Below, one piece after another: positions 60,170 to 64,000 of a stretch of DNA of 64,000 nucleotides; the first letter of the stretch is position 1, and every line of letters begins with the position of its first letter. The position numbers and the translations under genes are program-made. This DNA is from Bacilli bacterium. Its GTDB lineage: Bacteria > Bacillota_I > Bacilli_A > RF39 > UBA660. Location: NCBI GenBank assembly GCA_017410525.1, contig JAFQQQ010000005.1, forward strand, positions 81,105 through 145,104. The letters are read 5' to 3'. The notes beneath the pieces were generated by a model that worked only from the letters and a program-made list of their open reading frames with translations, was not told the DNA's origin and did no database searches.

Positions 60170-60822
60170 TGAAAAGTGTTATTCTAATTGCTGCTCCAGC
60201 TGCTGGAAAGGGAACTGAAGCTGCATACTTAAAAGATCAATACAATATGCCACATATCTCAACAGGAGATATGCTTAGAGAAAAAGCGCAAGAAGATTCT
60301 GATTTAGGAAGAGATATCAATCATAAAATTAACAATGGAATATTTGTTAGTGATGAATTAATAATCGAAATCTTAAAACAAAGAATTATGCAAGAAGATT
60401 GCAATAATGGTTACATTTTAGATGGATTTCCACGTAATGTAGCACAAGCTGAGGCTTATCAAGATATGCTTAAAGAATTAGGTAAAGATTTAGGTGTAGT
60501 TATAGTTTTAGATATAGATAAAAATTTAGCTGCATCAAGAATTGCTGGTAGAATTTCTTGCCCAGAGTGCAAAGAAGTTTATAATACAAGCAATGAAGAA
60601 ATGAAACCTAAAACTGAGGGAATTTGTGATAAGTGTGGTACTGAACTTGTTAAGAGAGCAGATGATAACGAAGAAACATATATGGAAAGATATAATACAT
60701 ATATAGAAAAAACTTCTCCATTGATTGATTTCTATGAAAAACAAGGCGTTGTTTATCATGTAGATGGAAATAATGGTAGAGAAGAAACTCATAAACAAGT
60801 TGTAAAAATTCTAGGAGAATAA
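60169..60822 (+). CDS. adk: Adenylate kinase (zinc-lid type)
   Basis: GAPAAGKGT P-loop and a CPEC…CDKCG lid. Confidence 0.95.
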   Translation: MKSVILIAAPAAGKGTEAAYLKDQYNMPHISTGDMLREKAQEDSDLGRDINHKINNGIFVSDELIIEILKQRIMQEDCNNGYILDGFPRNVAQAEAYQDMLKELGKDLGVVIVLDIDKNLAASRIAGRISCPECKEVYNTSNEEMKPKTEGICDKCGTELVKRADDNEETYMERYNTYIEKTSPLIDFYEKQGVVYHVDGNNGREETHKQVVKILGE

Positions 60823-60823
60823 T

Positions 60824-61570
60824 ATGATAAACATTAAAACTCCCAGAGAGATTGAATTAATGCGTGTAGCTGGTGAAATAGTAGGGGATACCCACAAATA
60901 TATAATTCCATTTTTAAAACCTGGAATTACGACTAAAGAAATAGATTCACTAGCTCGCGATTATATCATCAAAAGAGGAGCAACTCCATCTTGTTATAAT
61001 TATGATGGATATCCTGGTAATATCTGTATTTCTATAAACGAAGAAGTTGTACACGGTATTGCAGGATCAAGAAAGTTATGTGATGGTGATATAGTTACTT
61101 TAGATATATGTGCTTGCTATAAAGGATATCACGGCGATAGTGCTTGGACATATCCGATTGGAAATATATCTGAAGAAAAACAATATTTACTAGAACATAC
61201 TGAACAAGCTTTATATGAAGGATTAAAACAAGTTAAGGCAGGAGCTAGAATTGGTGATATAGGAGAGGCAGTACAAACTTATGCTGAATCTCATAATTTA
61301 GGAGTGGTTAAAGAACTTGTTGGACACGGTATAGGAAATGACCTACACGAAGCTCCAGATGTTCCAAACTATGGTAAAAAAAATACTGGACCTATATTAA
61401 AAGAAGGAATGGTTATTGCAGTAGAACCTATGATAAATTTAGGTACTGCAGATGTATATTTATTAGATGATGATTGGACAGTAGTTACTGCTGACCAAGA
61501 GCCTTCAGCTCACTTTGAACATACAGTGTTAATTACCAAAGATGGGTATGAAATATTAACGAAGAGGTGA
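60824..61570 (+). CDS. map: Methionine aminopeptidase type I
   Basis: 248 aa. Confidence 0.95.
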   Translation: MINIKTPREIELMRVAGEIVGDTHKYIIPFLKPGITTKEIDSLARDYIIKRGATPSCYNYDGYPGNICISINEEVVHGIAGSRKLCDGDIVTLDICACYKGYHGDSAWTYPIGNISEEKQYLLEHTEQALYEGLKQVKAGARIGDIGEAVQTYAESHNLGVVKELVGHGIGNDLHEAPDVPNYGKKNTGPILKEGMVIAVEPMINLGTADVYLLDDDWTVVTADQEPSAHFEHTVLITKDGYEILTKR

Positions 61571-61574
61571 AATA

Positions 61575-61915
<341 letters not shown>

Positions 61916-61929
61916 TAGGAGGTGTTTTA

Positions 61930-62295
61930 ATGGCACGTATTAAAGGTGTAGATATACCAAATAATAAAAGAATTGAAATTTCACTTACTTATGTATATGG
62001 AATCGGAAGAAGTCTTTCAAATACTATTTTAAGTGATGCTAAAATTGACCCTAATAAAAAAGCTGGGGACTTAACAAACGAAGAATTAAATGCTATTCGT
62101 GATGAAGTTAACAAATATATGACTGAAGGAGATCTTCGTCGTGAAGTTAATATGAATATTAAAACTAAAATGGAAATTAATTCATATGAAGGAACTCGTC
62201 ACAAAAGAGGTTTACCTGTAAGAGGACAAAGAACAAATAGAAATGCTCGTACTCGTAAAGGTAAAGGTAAAGTAGTTGCTAATAAGAAAAAATAG
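61930..62295 (+). CDS. rpsM: 30S ribosomal protein S13
   Basis: 121 aa. Confidence 0.95.
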   Translation: MARIKGVDIPNNKRIEISLTYVYGIGRSLSNTILSDAKIDPNKKAGDLTNEELNAIRDEVNKYMTEGDLRREVNMNIKTKMEINSYEGTRHKRGLPVRGQRTNRNARTRKGKGKVVANKKK

Positions 62296-62318
62296 TTGTG
62301 ATTAAAGGAGGATAGATT

Positions 62319-62702
62319 ATGGCTTATAAATCAAGAAAAAGAAAAGTTAAGAAAAATGTACCAGAAGGTAAAGCTTATATACATTCAACATTTAACAATA
62401 CTATCGTAACACTTTGTGATAATGATGGTAATGCAATAAGTTGGGCTTCTGCTGGAACTCTAGGTTTCAAAGGAAGTAAAAAATCAACTCCATTCGCAGC
62501 TGGAATGAGTGCTGAAGCAGCAGGTAAAGCAGCTTACGATATGGGAATGAGAAAAGTTGAAGTTTTTGTTAAAGGTTTAGGATCAGGTAAAGAAACAGCA
62601 ATCCGTTCATTACAAACAGCAGGTTTAGAGATTACATCTATATCTGATGTTACACCTATACCACACAATGGATGTCGTCCACCAAAACGTCCACGTGGAT
62701 AA
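62319..62702 (+). CDS. rpsK: 30S ribosomal protein S11
   Basis: 127 aa. Confidence 0.95.
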   Translation: MAYKSRKRKVKKNVPEGKAYIHSTFNNTIVTLCDNDGNAISWASAGTLGFKGSKKSTPFAAGMSAEAAGKAAYDMGMRKVEVFVKGLGSGKETAIRSLQTAGLEITSISDVTPIPHNGCRPPKRPRG

Positions 62703-62719
62703 GAAGGAGGGAATGGAAT

Positions 62720-63670
62720 ATGTTAAATTTTGAAAAACCAATATATAAAATAACTGAATATGTAGAAAATAAAAATTACGGTAAATTTGAATTAGAACCT
62801 CTTGAAAGAGGTTTTGGTACTACTCTTGGTAATGCACTTAGAAGAATTATGTTATCTAGTATGCCAGGAAGTGCTATAGTTGCTGTAAAAATTGATGGAG
62901 TTATGCATGAATTCCAAACTATGGAAGGAATTGTAGAAGACGTTACAACAATTGTATTAAATCTTAAAAATATCGTTGTAAAAAACAATACTAAAGAAGA
63001 AGTAATTTTAAAATTATTTGCTGATAGAGAAGGTGTTGTTACTGCAGCAGATATAGAAGAAAATGCAGATGTTGAAATTATTAATAAAGATCAAGTAATA
63101 GCTACAATAGCTAAAGGTGGAAAACTTGATATGGAATTAATAGTTGCTAATGGTCGTGGATATGTACCATCAAATGAAAATAAAAAATATATTGAAAATC
63201 AAAAAATCGGATTTATTCCAATTGATGCATTATATTCACCAATTGAAAGAATTAGCTATGAAATAGATAATGCTCGTGTTGGACAAGATGCTAGCTATGA
63301 TAAGTTAATTATGGAAGTATTTACAAATGGTTCAATTAAACCAGAAGAAGCTATGGCTTTAGCGGCTAAAATAATGATTGAACATTTAAATATTGTTACT
63401 AATTTGAGTGAAATAGCTGATGTTACAGGAATAATGAATGCAAAACAAGAAGATAGTAAAACTAAAAAATTAGAAACATCAATAGATGATTTAGATTTCT
63501 CTGTTAGAGCCTACAACTGTTTAAAAAGAGCGGGTGTTAATACTCTTGGAGATTTAACTGCTAAATCAGAAGTTGAAATGATGAAAATTCGTAACTTAGG
63601 TAAAAAGTCTTTAAAAGAAGTAATCGAAAAGGTTAGAGATATGGGACTTAGATTCCGCGAAGACGATTAA
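62720..63670 (+). CDS. rpoA: DNA-directed RNA polymerase subunit alpha
   Basis: [14 protein letters not shown]… from the ATG at 62720 (GGAGGG RBS); the ORF track began 48 nt upstream. Confidence 0.9.
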   Translation: MLNFEKPIYKITEYVENKNYGKFELEPLERGFGTTLGNALRRIMLSSMPGSAIVAVKIDGVMHEFQTMEGIVEDVTTIVLNLKNIVVKNNTKEEVILKLFADREGVVTAADIEENADVEIINKDQVIATIAKGGKLDMELIVANGRGYVPSNENKKYIENQKIGFIPIDALYSPIERISYEIDNARVGQDASYDKLIMEVFTNGSIKPEEAMALAAKIMIEHLNIVTNLSEIADVTGIMNAKQEDSKTKKLETSIDDLDFSVRAYNCLKRAGVNTLGDLTAKSEVEMMKIRNLGKKSLKEVIEKVRDMGLRFREDD

Positions 63671-63687
63671 TAGTTAGGAGGAATATT

Positions 63688-64000
63688 ATGGCTTATAGAA
63701 AATTAGGACGTACAAATAAACATAGAAGAAGTATGCTTGCTAATTTAACTAAGAACGTTATCATGAATGAAAAAATTGAAACAACTGAAACAAGAGCTAA
63801 AGAAGTTCGTAAATTCGCAGATAAAATGATTTCTTATGGTAAAGATGGTTCTTTAGTAGCAAGAAGAAAAGCATTGGCTTTCCTACATAATGACACAGTA
63901 GCAGTTAAAAAAATTTTTGATGAATTAGCTCCTCGTTATGCTAACCGTAACGGTGGATATACAAGAATCTTAAAATTAACTGAACGTCGTGGAGACGATG
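63688..64000 (+). CDS. rplQ: 50S ribosomal protein L17 (partial; 3' end beyond window)
   Basis: [20 protein letters not shown]…. Confidence 0.9.
   Translation, partial: MAYRKLGRTNKHRRSMLANLTKNVIMNEKIETTETRAKEVRKFADKMISYGKDGSLVARRKALAFLHNDTVAVKKIFDELAPRYANRNGGYTRILKLTERRGDD

Overview
This window is the origin-proximal region of a very AT-rich (~28% GC) Firmicutes chromosome read with the standard genetic code. The presence of spoIIR, a DUF421/YetF protein and soj-spo0J points to a spore-forming, Clostridia-like organism, possibly with a compact genome.

On the minus strand the window holds tadA (partial), a small SRP RNA, gyrA, gyrB, recF, a ComK-family gene, dnaN and dnaA. A bipartite oriC with DnaA boxes and an AT-rich unwinding element flanks dnaA. 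On the plus strand follow rpmH-rnpA-yidC-jag, a small inserted ORF, mnmE-mnmG-rsmG and a Noc/ParB-like gene carrying a 120-bp in-frame tandem-repeat array.

About 22 kb of mostly housekeeping genes then separates that gene from soj-spo0J-DUF951. This stretch includes degV, two unknown ORFs bracketing a diverged 92-codon uvrB 5' fragment upstream of intact uvrB, lgt, an AGCS symporter, ung, spoIIR, mntP, an HTH-P-loop-CYTH fusion, murA, rpmE, NUDIX, a nuclease, typA, ddl and a prepilin-signal/DUF285-repeat protein.

After soj-spo0J-DUF951 come a membrane transporter, ychF and rpsF-ssb-rpsR. sigA then sits immediately before a complete S10-spc-alpha ribosomal protein operon (rpsJ through rplQ, partial), which also contains secY, adk, map, infA, rpmJ and rpoA.

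The strongest unexplained signal is a dense array of six consensus parS centromere palindromes (TGTTTCACGTGAAACA) within 520 bp. It fills the tadA-gyrA intergenic region and brackets the SRP RNA gene.

Other notable items are:
- a ComK homolog in the dnaN-recF slot;
- the repeat-expanded second ParB paralog;
- the uvrB 5' duplication with a direct-repeat-flanked HExxH gene;
- the HTH + P-loop kinase + CYTH fusion protein;
- the pilin-signal DUF285 protein.

No CRISPR array, rRNA, tRNA, transposase or integrase gene was found.
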